Positions 44,221 through 60,304 of a stretch of 64,000 nucleotides of DNA are shown piece after piece. The position numbers and the translations under genes were made by a program. Under the pieces are notes generated by a model. That model did no database searches. It was not told the origin of the DNA and saw only the letters and a list, made by a program, of their open reading frames with translations. The DNA lies in NCBI RefSeq assembly GCF_009914755.1, contig NC_060929.1. One strand, given 5' to 3'. Origin of the DNA: the human T2T-CHM13v2.0 reference genome, Homo sapiens. Each line of letters begins with the position of its first letter. Within the stretch, counting starts at the first letter, position 1.

Positions 44221-47200
44221 TCTACACCATGTACAAATGAGGAGTTTGTTTTTGAAGAGCTCTCAACAATTCCCTTATATGGAGTATTTTACTTTGATGT
44301 TATTTTGGAGATCTATCGATGGAGTATTTTTGTTTGTACAGAATACTATCTGGCCACAATTAAGACACTGTTCTTTGGGGGAGTAGGAGCCCCTAAGAAT
44401 ATGGCACTCTTAAACCAGAAAGTGGCACTCGTTTTAGTGCCAAGCACATTTGCTTCCAGATTCTTTCACGCTGAATCTTCTATGGAGGGAGTAGGAATGG
44501 CAGAGGAGTCATAAGGGGACAATTCTCAGAACTTGAAAATTTATTCAATCCTCATTCTTTGGGGATCTGGCAGTGCAAACAAAACAAAACAAATCCCCCC
44601 AATGCTTATATCCAGTTAACAAGAGACCTGACAGCCTGTAATCTCTAAGGAATCTTGACTTCTCATCATGAGTAAGCCCTGTCACTAAGCAAAAGCACAT
44701 TTTATAAAGCAGGCTCATGATTTATGAGCGGTCCTGTGAAGATGCATTTAGACCTGCCAAGTTTTCTTAAATTGCCAGCAAGTCCCCCAGTTCTGGGACA
44801 GGAGGCCTATTTGCCCAGGATGCTGGGCAGCCGGGCCAACAGTGTCAGGAATGGAGAACTGGAGCCCCGTTTTGTGGCTTCCCTGAGTCCAGCTTAACGG
44901 GATCAGCAGTCTGCTCCCCCATTCACTGTATTCATCCCTTTCTGTTTTCCTGGGATTACAATCAGACTGGCAAACCTAGTTACTAATGATGTCTTCCTTT
45001 TCCAGATAATATTGGCTGGTGGCACCTAAGGTCACCACAGGGAGCAGTGTACCCATGCAAGCACAGGGTTATGACAGGTGCAGCTGGGGAGCACATTCAA
45101 AGGAAGGCACAGGCCACAGGGCCAGGGCCACAGAGGAGTCAAAATGTGAATGTGGCCACGGACTGGGGGAGGAAGACATTGGAGCTCATGTGTGAGGAAG
45201 ATGTCTCAATGCAGAGTGGTTTAAGTTGTGACAAGGACATGAGAAAGTAAAAGCAATGACAAAATGTACTCCTTCAGTGAGTTAAGAAAGGCAGGATCAA
45301 TCCTGCATAATAAAAAACAGGGCATGGCTTAAAGATGACATATTCAAAGAAGTCTGTTTCTACTGAGAGCACTCTGGTAAGGTAACTGAGTTATATCAGC
45401 TCTGTGCTGCTGATTAACAGTTTTAAGAAATTGTTGCACTTTCCTAGTTTAAGTTTGTCTAGAGCTTTGGGCTTGCACACAAAGACAGACAAGGCGATTT
45501 GATCTCACAATTTTGAAACATGAAGAAATCACCAACTCCAAAATGCTTACAGTCATATTTAGTACTATATGAAATGTTCCTATAATATAGTGCAAGTAAA
45601 ACAAATCTACATCCCCAAATAAGTTGTGTGCCTTGAACTTACTCCCTGGGATGTAATGAATTTGCTTGAGCATGCACACCATTGCTCAAAAAATTTGGAA
45701 AGTTTTCTTTTCAAATCGTCTTCCAAAGGAATGCCATTCTTTAATTCCAAAGGAAGAAAACTCTGGTACTGCGAGAAAAGTTTGATTTTGTCAATAACTA
45801 AATAAAATCATCCAGGGCCTTGTTTGATGATTCTCTTGAGGGGTGCTGGTTTTGGTAAAAGCTAATATGTAACATAAAAGAAGAGATAGCTTCTATGCAC
45901 ATTTTATACACCTTCCCTGAAGTCATCACCACTGGGATCATTACTGTTGGTGAGAAAAGAAGGGCTGGGTTTACCTGGTGGTGATGTCCCACTGACACTG
46001 AAAGGTGGTGTCCACAACAAACTGAACTTAAGTAACGGAAAACCCAAGGTACTTGGAAGAAATTCCTTTCCTCAGATGGGAACATCCAAATCAAAAGGAC
46101 CATAAAAGCAACTATATCCCTGGAAATAATAACAGAAACCACCCTCGCTGCTTTCTCTCTGCCCAATGGTCCCAAAATTATGGAGGAGGGGGAGAGAAAG
46201 AACAAGAGAGAAAGTGAGAGAGAGAAATTTTGCAAACTATTTTGTCTCTGCCACTGCAGTTAGAAGGAGGCGGCAATGGATTCATTTTCCCCAGGTCTCT
46301 AAGTCACAAGTGCAAACATGGTGACGTAGATTTTTGCATCCTTGAGTACTGATTTTTCCTACCCTTTTACCTCCCTTTAAAGAAAACTGATTAGGATCAT
46401 TATCAGTAAATGTTCTGAAAAGTATTTCATATGGCCATTTCTGTGGTCTACCAGTGGAAAGAAAATAGAGAAGAAAGAAATAAAGCAATGATGTAAGTAT
46501 CTTATAGATTTATCTTGAAGAATACGTAAGGAGAGATTTCTTGATGGCAACTCTTTCTTAAAACCTACATGAGCACCCGCAAAAATATACTACACAGAAC
46601 TTTATTTCAGCAAGAGGCTCATTTAATATAACTGCAATAGCCCAAATATTTGCTCAGAAGAGAAAATGTTACAGCAAAACACATATACACCCTCTCTGCC
46701 ATGAGAAACGTTTCCATTATTGAAGCCAAACTAAATTTGCTTATCCTGGAAAGAGAAAATGGAGAGAAAAGATTTTAAAGCAAAGCAAGGAATAGGGATT
46801 CACAACAGAGAGTCATCCTAAAACTATCTTAAAAACAAATATTCTGCCACTTTCCTGCAAATACGGGCCAAGGAAAATATGTGAAACAATATGAATTCTC
46901 TTCTAAATGTTGCATAGTGTATACATTTATGTTAAAAATCTCTCTGCAATTTTTGTGTTTTCCAAATTTATTGGTGACTTTTCTCTGCAGGTTTTACCTA
47001 ACAACAACTTATTTCATAATTAAGCAAATGGGAGTGAAGTCATACTAGCTGTCTTTACCACCCTTTTTATTCAACACTCAAGACATAGGTGTTTACAGGG
47101 AACTTGCTCTTCCTTCAACTTCCCCTTCCCCTCAGCCTTCACATCCACCCGCATGAGTGTGCACCAATAAGCAATGTTCCAAACACAATGAACACACTTC

Positions 47201-47939
47201 CTTCTGAAAGAAGTGAGCAGATGGTGTACTTATGATTATGATATAGCATTAATGAGGACTTTTAAGACATAGAAGTCAGCACAACATTAAATAGATAAGC
47301 CAGATCAAAAAGAAATGGAAATTTTGTTTCTCAAAAAGTGTATTGCTTTTCTAGAACACTTACCACTGTTCAGTTTTATTTTAGAGAACTATCATACAAT
47401 TCTTAATTTCTCTTACAGCAAGCAGGCCATTTCCCTAAGATTGCGGTTGTGCACACTGTTCAATTCTACTGGAGAATATGCAAAGATTTTGAAATCTTTA
47501 GGCTTGTGTACTCCTTTGCCAGTGCTCTGTCTACAGATGTATATTTTTATATTTCTTGCATAGTTTTTTTGTTTGAGGGACAAAATGCTTGGTGAAACTA
47601 TTTTTTATTCGGACATGGGGTGAAACCAACATGTTTAGAGTTGGTTTTTGGCTCCTCTTTGCCAGAAGTTTTATATTTAGCATTTCATATAATCCAATGG
47701 AAACTTTATGTGAGTGGAAAAAGCCAACTTCTTTATCTTCTAGCCCACCCACAAACCAGCACAGAATAATTATAAAACATCAGTCTGGTTTTGGCAGAAC
47801 CTGATGGATATCTGGTGAACCCTGGGTCAATTATGAGGGATATGAAGGTAAGTCTTGCATCGTTCTCGCTCTTGCAGCAGGGCAATCTAATAGGAAGAAA
47901 CAGACTTAAATGCAACTAACTATAGGATATCACTTATTA

Positions 47940-48500
47940 TATGACAGAGTAATGTTTTTAACACATAAGGTAGATCATGTCGTTCCTCTGCTTGAAATTC
48001 TCTACTGGCTCCTCACTTCACTCCCAGTAAAAAAAGGAATCCTACCAATGACTGAGTGGTTTCCCATCACCTCACAACTCCTGCAGTCCACTGTAGCCAC
48101 TCTGGCATCCTTGCTGCTCTGTCAGCATGCCAGGCTGCCCCATCCAGGGGCCACAGCATTTGCTGTGCAGAGGGAGCCATATAGCTTCCTTCCTCTTCTC
48201 CATGTCTTTGCCCAAAAGTCTCCTCGAGGTCCCTATCATGCTGCACTCCCCCATGCACTTTGGATCTTGCTTACCCTGGTCTGTATCCATTTCCTTCCCA
48301 TAGAAACCATCACTTTCTAATGTACTGTGCAATTTACTTATTTGCTGTGTTGATTTTCTGAGTCTCCATCCCTGATGCTAGAATAGAAGTTCCTTGAGGA
48401 CTGGGATCATGTCTACTTTCTTTACTTCTCCATCCCAAGCACATGGGCTCATGGCATCAATTGGCACATGATAAACATCTTGAATTCATCAAAGAATAAC
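47940..48500 (+). mobile_element. L2 3' fragment
   Basis: agatcatgtcgttcctctgcttgaaa...ggctcctcacttcactc; gccactctggcatccttgctg; ctagaatagaagttccttgagg. Confidence 0.75.
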
Positions 48501-51016
48501 CTAGACACACAAAGGTGAAGGTTGACCTGGAAGAAGAAGGGGTCTGTGGAGGGGTGACCTACACAACTTATTTAGAGGCTGGGGCAGGAGCTTGCAGCAT
48601 AGCTGAGCAGAGTGCTGGCAGTGGGGAAAGGATATCTGTAAATCAGTTCAGGTCACTTTCTAGAATGGCCTTGGGGTCTGATGGGAAGGGTAGTCTACTC
48701 TCTCTCCTCTGGACCAGCTCCATGAACTCATCCTAAGTCTCAGAAGAATGATTTTAAAGAATAATGTCAGAGAACAAATATTTTATGGCAATTTGGGTGG
48801 CTTACAGTTTGAGTTTTGGGCTGATAAGTTGGGGCAATGTGGGTTACACACATATCATCAGGGCCTGTTGTAGATCCTGGTGATGATCACTGAATAAGCA
48901 TTTATTACGCTGAATAGAGATTTTTAAATACTGAAATTAGAATCTTTGAGCATTTATAATACTCCTTTGAAATTACATTTAAATTTACGAACCAGATAAA
49001 AAATTATTGCTTTACTTTAGAACTACATAGTTTTTTAGAAAAAAAATAGAATATTTTTGTTTTGATTGATTATTGACCATACTCACTTGGTCTGACATCT
49101 GTTAGCCATCGTTTGAATTATATTAGGCCTTGTGGCAATTTATTATTACAGGATATTGTAAAAATTAACCTCGGCTTGAAGGAGTAAGATTTCACACGGA
49201 TCAGAATTTTGAAAAGAAAAGTATCACACCACTCAAATAGAGGGATCTGAACAATAGTGTCATTATTGGAATGGAATGTGGCCTCCCTTCTCTCAAGGGT
49301 ATAACACTAAAAGCAGAGTGAAAATGCTGGCTTATTTGTTGAACGTTTCTCTGACATTACATTGAAGTCACAGGCGCTACAGAATATTCAATAAGCATCC
49401 CTTTCATACTTCAGCACACAGCTAAAGTAAATTATAATACCAATATCTACCACTGAGTTAAATAAATGAGAATTCAGATATTCCACAATGGTTTCCCTTC
49501 TGTTAGTAGAGTGAATTAGAACATTTCAACTCCTGGTTTGATTATTCATACTTGTGCATCCTACCCACTGCCAGGTAAGTGAGTCTACCAGTAACCTTTG
49601 CCTCAAACTTAAGTTATATCTTTGAACATTTACATTTATCGATGTCTTCAAACTATAACTCTGATGACTTCAGATACAGAGCTTTGATATCTTTATAACT
49701 TAGTAACCCTTTCTGATTAAACTTTAAAGCAACTTTGAATGTGGGTAGAGGGACAGGCCCTTTATCTCAATGGAATGTTTTATCAGTTCCTCTTACCCAT
49801 ATTCCTATCATTCAGCATTGTGAGAAGGTAAGACTTACAAAGCCACTGATGAACAAGGATGTTGCTTGAAGAAGGTAATGACATTTTAAAAATTGTTTCT
49901 GGCACAGTAATTTAATGTTAGTAGTGGAAATCCAAAAAACTTCCAGCTCCTGCTTCAATAATGTGAATGTCACATAAATGAACACATAGTGGTGCCTGCA
50001 CCAGGCTGTTAACCCTCTTTGCCTCTCACCTCTGCATTCATTTTTTGGGGCCATGTGGCCTGCCAGGTGCTCCTGATACAAACATGAAAAAAGTCCTGAC
50101 CTCAAGTAGCTTTCAGTTTAGTTAGAGGAATGCCTGGATGGATAACATCAATAAATTGGTGAAAGAGATGGGCTCGGGGGTTACAGAGCCAGTGGTGCAT
50201 AGTGAGCATTTCAGAGGAAGGGTTCCTGGAAGAGATAGTGCCCAATAAATGCAAAAGGGCTGAAACTAACTTTGTCAGCTGCAAACGTGGTGTGGGGCTT
50301 GCAGTTCTTCATTCCAGAAGCAAAAACACAGAGGTTAGAAGGACTTATGTTGCTGAAAATAAGCTTAAAACAAGACAGCCTTCCAATAAATTAACTCTGG
50401 CGTGATGATCAAAATTATACTCTGGTGGGTACCTCAAAATTATAAAAACTAAAATATTAGCATCCCTTCTCTCCTCTCTTCTAAATAACAACATTTACAT
50501 CTTTCTTGAAAAAAAAAAATTTCCAGATTGGTAGCTGCTTCTTTTTACCAAGAGTTGGTTTTAACTGCAGCTAATGTATTTGTGCAGTGAAACTGTAAGA
50601 TCAAGCACCTGCCTTAAAGAAACAATGGAGGGCAAATTTCAAAATCAGACTTCACAAAATGCAGCTATGCCTAAACTCATCACAATCATTTTCCAAACAG
50701 TTCTGTTTACCTGATTACACATTTATAGTATGTTTCTTTATATTGATATCAAAAACCACAAAGCAATCCCATGCTTTTTTTTAGGAGACACAATACTCAG
50801 TATTTTTTCCGAGTACACTCACAAATTCAGAATGTATATCATACTTATATCACATATAGACATAGAGGGAGTAACTAGATGGACACTGACATAGTCACAC
50901 AGGGAAACATATATAAGACAGGTATAGCGTGAACAATACATAGATATTTCTAAAGAAAATGTCTGTAATTTAGCATTACTCCATAATTGTATTTTATTAT
51001 TTATTTTCTTCATTCA

Positions 51017-51352
<336 letters not shown>

Positions 51353-52588
51353 TTAGAGCAGTCAGTGACAGTCTCAGTGAAGCAGAAATGACATGTATTA
51401 TTTATTGAGAGTAGCCTAGAATTATCTCATGCACATGATTCCAGCCATCCATGCTTAAAATTCTGAGAACTAAAATGACCATATAATTTGACTCCAGCTC
51501 TCAGATGAGATTTTTTATTTTTTATTTTTTTTTTGGTGGTGGTTTAAAAGTTCTCAAAGGAGTAGATTTTTCAAATGATCTCATCCTGACCTACATAGAG
51601 ACATTTCTTATGAGACAAATTAGTTAATCAAGTAGTTATTTTGGGATCAGACAATATCAGAAACATTTGAAATAATGTAAAACTCTACTTTTCGGTACCT
51701 GTTAATTTTGCTAATATAATTATATCTCCTACTTAATGATGGAGATGCTAAAACACTCGAAACCTTCCAATCACTGACAAATTCTACTGTATAAATAGTG
51801 ATATAATACCTCAGTGCCTGAAGGGTAGACAGTGTTTAAAATATTAATAGCTCTTTGTACGATGTGGAATTCACCGTCGCCTCACATAATCCCTGATGAC
51901 TGGTTACCTTTACCATCCCAGCAGTGCACAGTAGGAGAACAAAGAGAACATACGGTGTTCAAATTCATGCCACGCATGTAGCTGATATTACAAGGGGTGA
52001 AGAATCAGTTTCTGGTCTTACTTAATTATACGTTGCATATGAAATTGTGTTTTGTTTTCTTATATTCTTTTTAGATGAGATCCTTGCAAACATTTTCCCA
52101 TTTTCTTTTTAAGCAAATTTTCTTTGATCAAATTTAATACTCTCTTTAGGGATCAAATAAATATGGAGGAGAGTAAATGTACTTGTTATTTTCCATTGTG
52201 TGTGTTTGAGAGGGGCTGGGGTAAGAAGAGCGTGTCAGTGGCAAAAACTTGGCAATACAAGTTTTCTCCTGCCTCTTTGTACCATAGTACAAAGTCATAT
52301 ATTCGATGGAGTGTAATAATACACATATAGACTATAGCATAACCATTAAATCATTCTTGATCCCCCTCTTTGGCTGTTTTAGACAATAATATCACTTCTG
52401 ATAAGTATGAGCAAATTTCAAGTTCCTTATTTTTTTCTTTTTAAGAATGGAACATGACTTTATATTTCGAATGAGACATGATGTGGATCACCTTTCATAA
52501 AAATAATGCATCCTCTTTTAAATAACATTGGTTCACAAATTCTTTGGCACTTAAAGCCTTCCCAATCCCTCTGATTTTCTGATGGAAC

Positions 52589-52656
52589 TTTGAAACAACA
52601 TCAAGATATTTTTTCATCAGTATTTGAAACAACATGAAGATAATTTTTCATCAACA
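52589..52656. repeat. 34-bp tandem duplication
   Basis: tttgaaacaacatcaagatattttttcatcagta / tttgaaacaacatgaagataatttttcatcaaca. Confidence 0.85.
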
Positions 52657-54849
52657 TTTTATATTGAATAATATGCCAATTAACTAGTACAGTTATTTTG
52701 GAATCTATGCGGTTTCTGGAAAAAAAAAAGGTAAGCAAGGAAATAAAAGTGTTTTCATCCAGCCACAACTTCATCATGAAGGGTGTAACAAAAGTACAAA
52801 TGCAATCCCTTCACTTTTAATTTAAGAAACCCAGTCCTGAGAAAACAGTATGTACCAGATGGTAACATTTCCAATAGCCTGGAAAAAAAATCATTTATTC
52901 TGTCCTAATGGCATTATAGGACTCAATCACTGAATATAAGGAAGTCTCTGAGGGGAGATGCATTTAGAATTTGATTCTGGGTGCCAGGAACGTATTGTCC
53001 CTATCACTGCTATGGAAGCTGCCAGGCCCAGCAGAGTCAAAGAACAGTGTCTGAGGTCCAAGTGACAGGCAGGCTGAGATATGGGAGAGCCTCTGGAGGT
53101 GGGGCAAGTGGAGACTAACCATAAAGCGGAGGAGAAGGAGGTGGGCACTGGGAAGACAGTGACAACTGTGGCTAAGGGCTTTACCCTTTGTCCCTCCGAA
53201 GGTCACATTTTAATGGTGGGAGTGAGCTATGGTGGAAAAGCAAAGGCCTTTTCAGCTGGGTGGTCACCATTCTACCTGACAAAGGAGGGCTGCCTGCTGC
53301 AGCTTTCTTGGTTCTTTCTTTTTTGTACAGTCTACCTGGGCATAATGGCTTGTACTGGCCAGCCTCTCCTCCCCCCTTGAGATAGTAATGCATCCTAAGG
53401 GCAAAGAAGGTTAAAGCAGATACAACGACAGTGCACAGACCTTTGGAAATATCAATAGAATGAAGTAAATAAACACATAAACAAAATACTTAATTTCATG
53501 GAAGAAGTTTAGCATTATCTTAGACAGTTGCATGTCCTCATTATTTGTCTTTCAAAGAGAATGCAGGAATTGCTCTGAAGAACTGTTTTGAGTATGTAGT
53601 TAGCAAGTTAAATAACTTTGTATATTCTGAATAGACTCATACAATTATCTCCAGAAACTTACAAATGCTGTCTGTACAGTATCTTCTAATGACAATGTAA
53701 AGTCCCTTTTCAAAAGAATTTAAATTAAAAATGTGGTTTACTTGCTCCCAGAATATATATGATAGAATAATGAAATCTCTTCATCTTTTATAGAATCAGT
53801 TGTGTATTTGATCAGTACTCAATGAAAAGTAACCAGGATTTTCTATCTCATTACTCTATTCATACATCTCAAGCACTGAAAACTAGATGTACTCTGACAA
53901 AAGTAATTGCAACAATGAGCAATGTATCAGAATATTACAACACTGACATATCACCTGGCAAGGACAGAACAGTCAAGACAATAGCCAAAACCATGTATGC
54001 ATTTTAGAATGTTTTTCCATTGCTCACTAGGTTTTAAATCAGTGTCATTTACTCATTCTAATTTTAGAGAGCACAGACATATGAAACACGTTAAAATTTT
54101 AGGACAATTCTTAACTACTTTATAATGAAAGTACAATTTAAATGTAACTAACTTTCAATTAGCTTTATTAATATTACTGTGCAATGAGGTAGAAAATACA
54201 AATTTGCCAAGGATTTAAAAAGCATTTATAGTTTTGGGCTTTAAATTATGTTTTTTTTTTCCTCTGGAACTTTTGACTTTTTAATCAAGCCTTGCTTGGG
54301 CTAGAGGTAAAACGAGGCTGTGGTCCTGAACCTATGGAATCTATGACCTGAAGGATGTGGGTGATATGGAAAGAAATGGTAGACGAAGAGAAAGAAGCTG
54401 GACCCTAACATTTCACCCAGGGAAACAGGCTATTGTCTTTAATGTAATGATTTCCAGTAGACATCTGAACTGTGAGCAACAGCGGATCATCATGTCCTTC
54501 TTGGCCACAGAGAGCAGAAGCCATGGTCTCATTTGCCTTCAAGACGCTGACCTGAGGGGTCACAGTGACTTCTTTGACCATCTGGCCCTTCTCCATGATA
54601 GAATAGTCCTCAGAACTGAGCCCAAGGGTTTTCCCAAAATGAATCACCCCTGTGAGCCAGGAAGAAAAGGTGAAACCATTTCCTCATACATTGATGATGC
54701 TTAAGACAGTTTTCTTTGTTCTGAAACAAAACCTACTATCCTTAACTGGATAGAGAGAAGAAATTCCAAGGGAACTACAAAGTTGATTCCATTAATCCTA
54801 AGAAGATACATGAAGCAAGGATCTTGAGTGTAACACCAATGTCTCAATA

Positions 54850-55030
54850 TGTTTTCACATGTATGAATTGGTTAGAGACTACACAGCAACCTGTGAAAAA
54901 AACTGCATGATCTTCATTTTTGTCCTAGAAGTACAGGCAGAGGCAAAGAGGTTAAATTGGCAGCCAGTGTCACAGACATGGTAACATGAAGAGGCTTGGA
55001 TCCTTATCTTCTGTCTCCAAGTCCAAAAGT
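54850..55030 (-). mobile_element. MIR fragment
   Basis: cacagcaacctgtga...cttcattttt...gaggcaaagaggttaaattggc...gtcacag. Confidence 0.6.
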
Positions 55031-57158
55031 TGTTGTTGTTTAATATCAAAACACTGTTTCTTTAAGTCATATATACATGTCAGCAGTTTAAGGTTGAAAA
55101 AGTCCTGTGTAAACAGAAATCCACTTGTTTGCAGGAGAAATCTTCATGCCTCAGATTTTGGTGCTTCTCCAGTGAACTGCTGCTTACAGATTCCAGGTGC
55201 TGGCTAGAGGAAACTCGCTGTCCACTATTCGTGGGACAAAATCAATCTCAGAAGATGTAGAGGTTGAAATGTTAATTTTCTGCATAAAAATTCAGACCCA
55301 CTTATAGGTCATATCAATACAGACACTATATAACACAGACACAATATGGCCAGCTTCTTCTGATCAGATTAACTGAGTATTTTAGAGTTTCCATGATTAT
55401 GTGCACTTGTTCTGTTTACCTAGTTTTAAAGAGACTTTATTTGGAATTGCTAATATTTGCCTGCGTTAGCTGAACATCTGCCTTAGAATACAGTAGACCT
55501 TCAATTAAAGAATATACTTTGTAATAATACAGAAGAGGCCAGAGGTCTACAATGTGGCATTCCCGAGTTATTCTATAAGTCACAACCACACTAATGGAGT
55601 ATCTGAACGTGTGTTGAAAAAAATCCAGGACTGGACATCCACAGACCTGGGCTCTAGCCCATCTCCATACTTATTTGACCATAGATGATGATGACAAAGA
55701 TGATGATGACAGTGACAGTAATGACCAGTTAACCTTTTTTGAGTACTTAAGAAATTCCAAGGATTGTCCTGAGCAGTTTCCATCTACTAACCCATTCAAT
55801 TTTAATGACATCTAAGCGAGGAAGGTACAACCATTCCCACTAATGTCGGGGGAACTGAGGGATCCATTAACTGAAACCTCACAGTTACTCGTGGGCCTGG
55901 GGTTAAACAAAAATAGCAGATTGGCTTCAGAATGTGTGTTCTTAAGCACACTTCATGATTCTGTCACAACAAATTGTAATCTTTCCAAATTTGAACACCT
56001 AAGGAGATAATGGATGTGCAAGTGCTTGGAAAAATTTTAACTGCTATATAAATATCAGTTATTATTATCTGATTATCTAATTGCATAGCCACATGGTCTG
56101 ATAATAATAAAACCTTCACAGGGATATTTTGGTCTTGAAAACCTTATTGTAGGACTCTCCCACACATTATTCATGCTTTCTTTCAACAACCTGCAAGCTT
56201 TCATCTTACAAACAAAACATACAAGGCACAGTTCATTAAAATGGCCTGCATGCAATAAAACAACAACAACAACAAAACTAATGTCAGAGCAAATAGATGA
56301 GGAGCTAAAATCTTTTGGCACTTAGAGACAGTTCTCCGTTTCCTCAGCCTGAAATTCTTTTTTCCATCAACCTCAAAACTCATTCTCAAACTTAAACTGC
56401 TGCTTAAATGTCACCTCCCAATATTTTAATAGAAAATATTAAGTAAGAATAAAGGAAACAGATGGTAGAACTTACATACAAAAGGGTTATTGGACCATTA
56501 CAAAATCAATGAGAAAAATTGTTGATTATTTCTAAAATTACCAAACTGATTTAAATAGATTCAAAGCACTTTGATCAGACTTAACTCTGCAGAATAAAAA
56601 TATTCTGTTTAAATTTCACTACTAATGATTTCATTTGTAGCAGCAGTTTCACCTTTATGGGTTCCAGAAGAACTTGCCCATTTACAAATTAACTTAGAGT
56701 AAGAGGTAGCTACTGATGATAAAGTGGTTGTTTTCTCCTGATCTTCGTTAGTAACTTATAAAGCTCATTTGGAGGAGTTTCTCTGAGGAGGTCCCCTAAA
56801 AATAGTGGCTCAGCGCATCTACCATTCCAAAAATGAGCTGAGAGAAAAAGCCCAAGGGGCTTGTTATGCAAGAAAGCTTCAGAGTTGACGGGCAGGTGTG
56901 TTTATAAATATCATTTCTAAGCCTCTGTCTCCAGAATATCTATTTCGTCTGGTCAGTTGCTTTCAATGTGTAATGCTTTATGTGAAAATTAAAACGTTAA
57001 TGGTCCCAGGAATATAGAAGTACCCATTTAGTTTTTAAACTGATTTAGACTTATCCAATGTCCTTGGCTTAATTAGTACGCTTTTCCAAGTTTGACTACT
57101 GTGGATGGATACATAAAGGATTGGTCAAATGTTTGCACTACACAGTAAGTCACTCAAC

Positions 57159-57535
57159 TTTTTTTCTTTTTTTTAAATTTTATTTTACTTTAAGTTCTGG
57201 GATACATGTGCAGAATGTGCAGGTGTGTTACATAGGTATACATGTGCCGTGGTTGTTTGCTGCACCTATCAACCTGTCATCTAGGTTTTAAGCCCTGCAT
57301 GCATTAGATATATGTCCTGATGTTCTCCCTCCCCTTCCCTCTCATCCTCCATCGGGCCTTGTATGTGATGTTCCCTTCCCTGTGTCCATGGGTTCTCATT
57401 GTTCAACTCCCACTTATGAGTGAGAACATGCAGTGTTTGGTTTTCTGCTCCTGTGTTAGTTTGCTGAGAATGATGGTTTCCAGCTTCATCCATGTCCCTG
57501 CAAAGGACATGAACTCATCCTTTTTTATGGCTGCA
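57159..57535 (-). mobile_element. L1PA (~PA8-like) 3' end, 5'-truncated, sense to CTNND2
   Basis: Reverse complement of the ORF2 C-terminus (AAIKKDEFMSFAGTWMKLETIILSKLTQEQKTKHCMFSLISGS in ORF 57403-57591) plus 3' UTR. TSD gtcactcaa at 57149-57157 and 57538-57546. Confidence 0.95.
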
Positions 57536-58106
57536 AGGTCACTCAATTTCTTTACAATGGTGTAAAATGGAAGACATGAGCAAACTGACATTTATCATAA
57601 AAATAACTCTCAAATGTATAACTTTAGTTTGGAATGTGTACCCAAAGAATTTTATCATGAGTGAGATTGCACATAATATTGTAATCAGAGAAGTGTACTT
57701 TTCATCGTTCATTCCAATTCCCAACTATACCTTACAAAGTTTTGTCTTTAGGTTATTTGCCATTAAAAATTAATGTAGCACAAGGAGAAGAAAAACATTA
57801 TTTCTTCATAAATAGTTTAAAGAGGATCTGATATATTCGTATTTCTCACTATCAATACTTGCAAAAATAAATAAAACATTAATACAAATTGGTTTTGAAG
57901 AAAATAAAATTTAAAAGTGAAACTCAGAAAACACTACAATTTGTGAATGGGAACATAGCAGTTTAAAGAACCAGTCTTTGATTTGTGACACATCACACAT
58001 TTGCCCCCCGTTGATCTGCATGGCTTGCTGGTGCATTTCTTTCAGGTCTCTGATTCAATGTCTTCTCACAATAGAGGATTTCCTGGCCTTCGATCATTCT
58101 TTATTC

Positions 58107-58430
58107 TAGTGGTTCTCAAAACTCTTGGTCTCTTAACCCTCAAAATTATAGAGGACTCCAAAGAGCTTTATTTTATCTGGGTATATATGATGCTAGTCAC
58201 TCAAAATGTTTCCAACAGAAGAATATGCAGCACACATTCCCAGAGCTGTCAGGGACATGATGTTGTTACATGCCATGTAGTCTCTGGAAATCTTCAAAAA
58301 CATTCGTGTGAGAAAAAGAATGGGAAAGCAAGTATCTCTTAGTATTATTATGAAAACCTTTTGGCTTTGAAAGTCCCCATCAGGGGCCACGAAGACCCCA
58401 GAATTCCCAAGTATATTTTGAGAAAAGGTG
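58107..58430 (+). mobile_element. hAT-Charlie relic (Charlie4-like)
   Basis: agtggttctcaaaactcttggtctc...aaaattatagaggactccaaagagcttt ... ttttgagaaaaggtg. Confidence 0.6.
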
Positions 58431-58661
58431 CTCTACTCTACTGTTGACCTGGCTTTGTCCTTCTGCAAAGCCATTATCGATCTGGCCCTCCAGTATTGAA
58501 AAGGTTGATTTTGGCCTTTTCTGACTAGAATGTAAATGCCACAAGGACAGAGACCCTTTGTTCCTGCCATTAATAAGTGGTTAATACATACATTTAACAA
58601 AATAAATGACTGGAACATCCACCTGTGCCTACAGTGATATAACAAAAACTCAGTACATTAA

Positions 58662-59157
<496 letters not shown>

Positions 59158-59560
59158 TAAGGCTTTCTCACTGGGGCTGGCAGCGTCTTTGCTTTTTCTC
59201 ATACCTATGGCAGCTCTGAACCTGTCCTCACTTTCAGCAGCTTTCATCTAATCTTCATATTTGTGTTCCGGGAATCTACAATGCCTTGACAATTTCAAGA
59301 CCAGGAAATTCCCACCAGGTTCTACACACATTGTGCTTGATCCCAGAAGATCCTGATAACTCAAGTGGGAATGATGTCTTTAATGAGAAATTTGCATTGT
59401 TTTCTCATATTAAGTGTGTGGTTAAAGAGCTCTTCTTACTTGATGCCTTTGCCTATTCCTTAAATTCTTAGGTTTGCCTCTGAGCTGGCGACCTTGTTAG
59501 AGAAGGTATAACATGCTTCTGAAACATCTACATGGTAGGAGGAAATCTAAGTGAAATCTA

Positions 59561-59809
<249 letters not shown>

Positions 59810-60033
59810 TTATTATTTCCTGTGGGCCACCTATGTGTTTTCCCTCAGCTTTTGCCCTCACCTTCTATTTTTGCTACTGCTAACCTCCCATTAATTTCAT
59901 ATACCCGAGGTAGGGGGGGAAGTGAGTGTAAGTGAATTTCAAAAGGAATGGTAGCATCAGCCAACTTTAGACATGGACACCATGACAAACCTCTGGAAAG
60001 AACAGTCTTGTTTGTATTTTAAAAACTTGGACC

Positions 60034-60304
<271 letters not shown>

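Noticed and set aside
44749-44980. Possible hAT-Blackjack-type MITE with ends tagacctgcca / tggcaaaccta
   Set aside because: The terminal match is short and imperfect and I could not confirm the interior.
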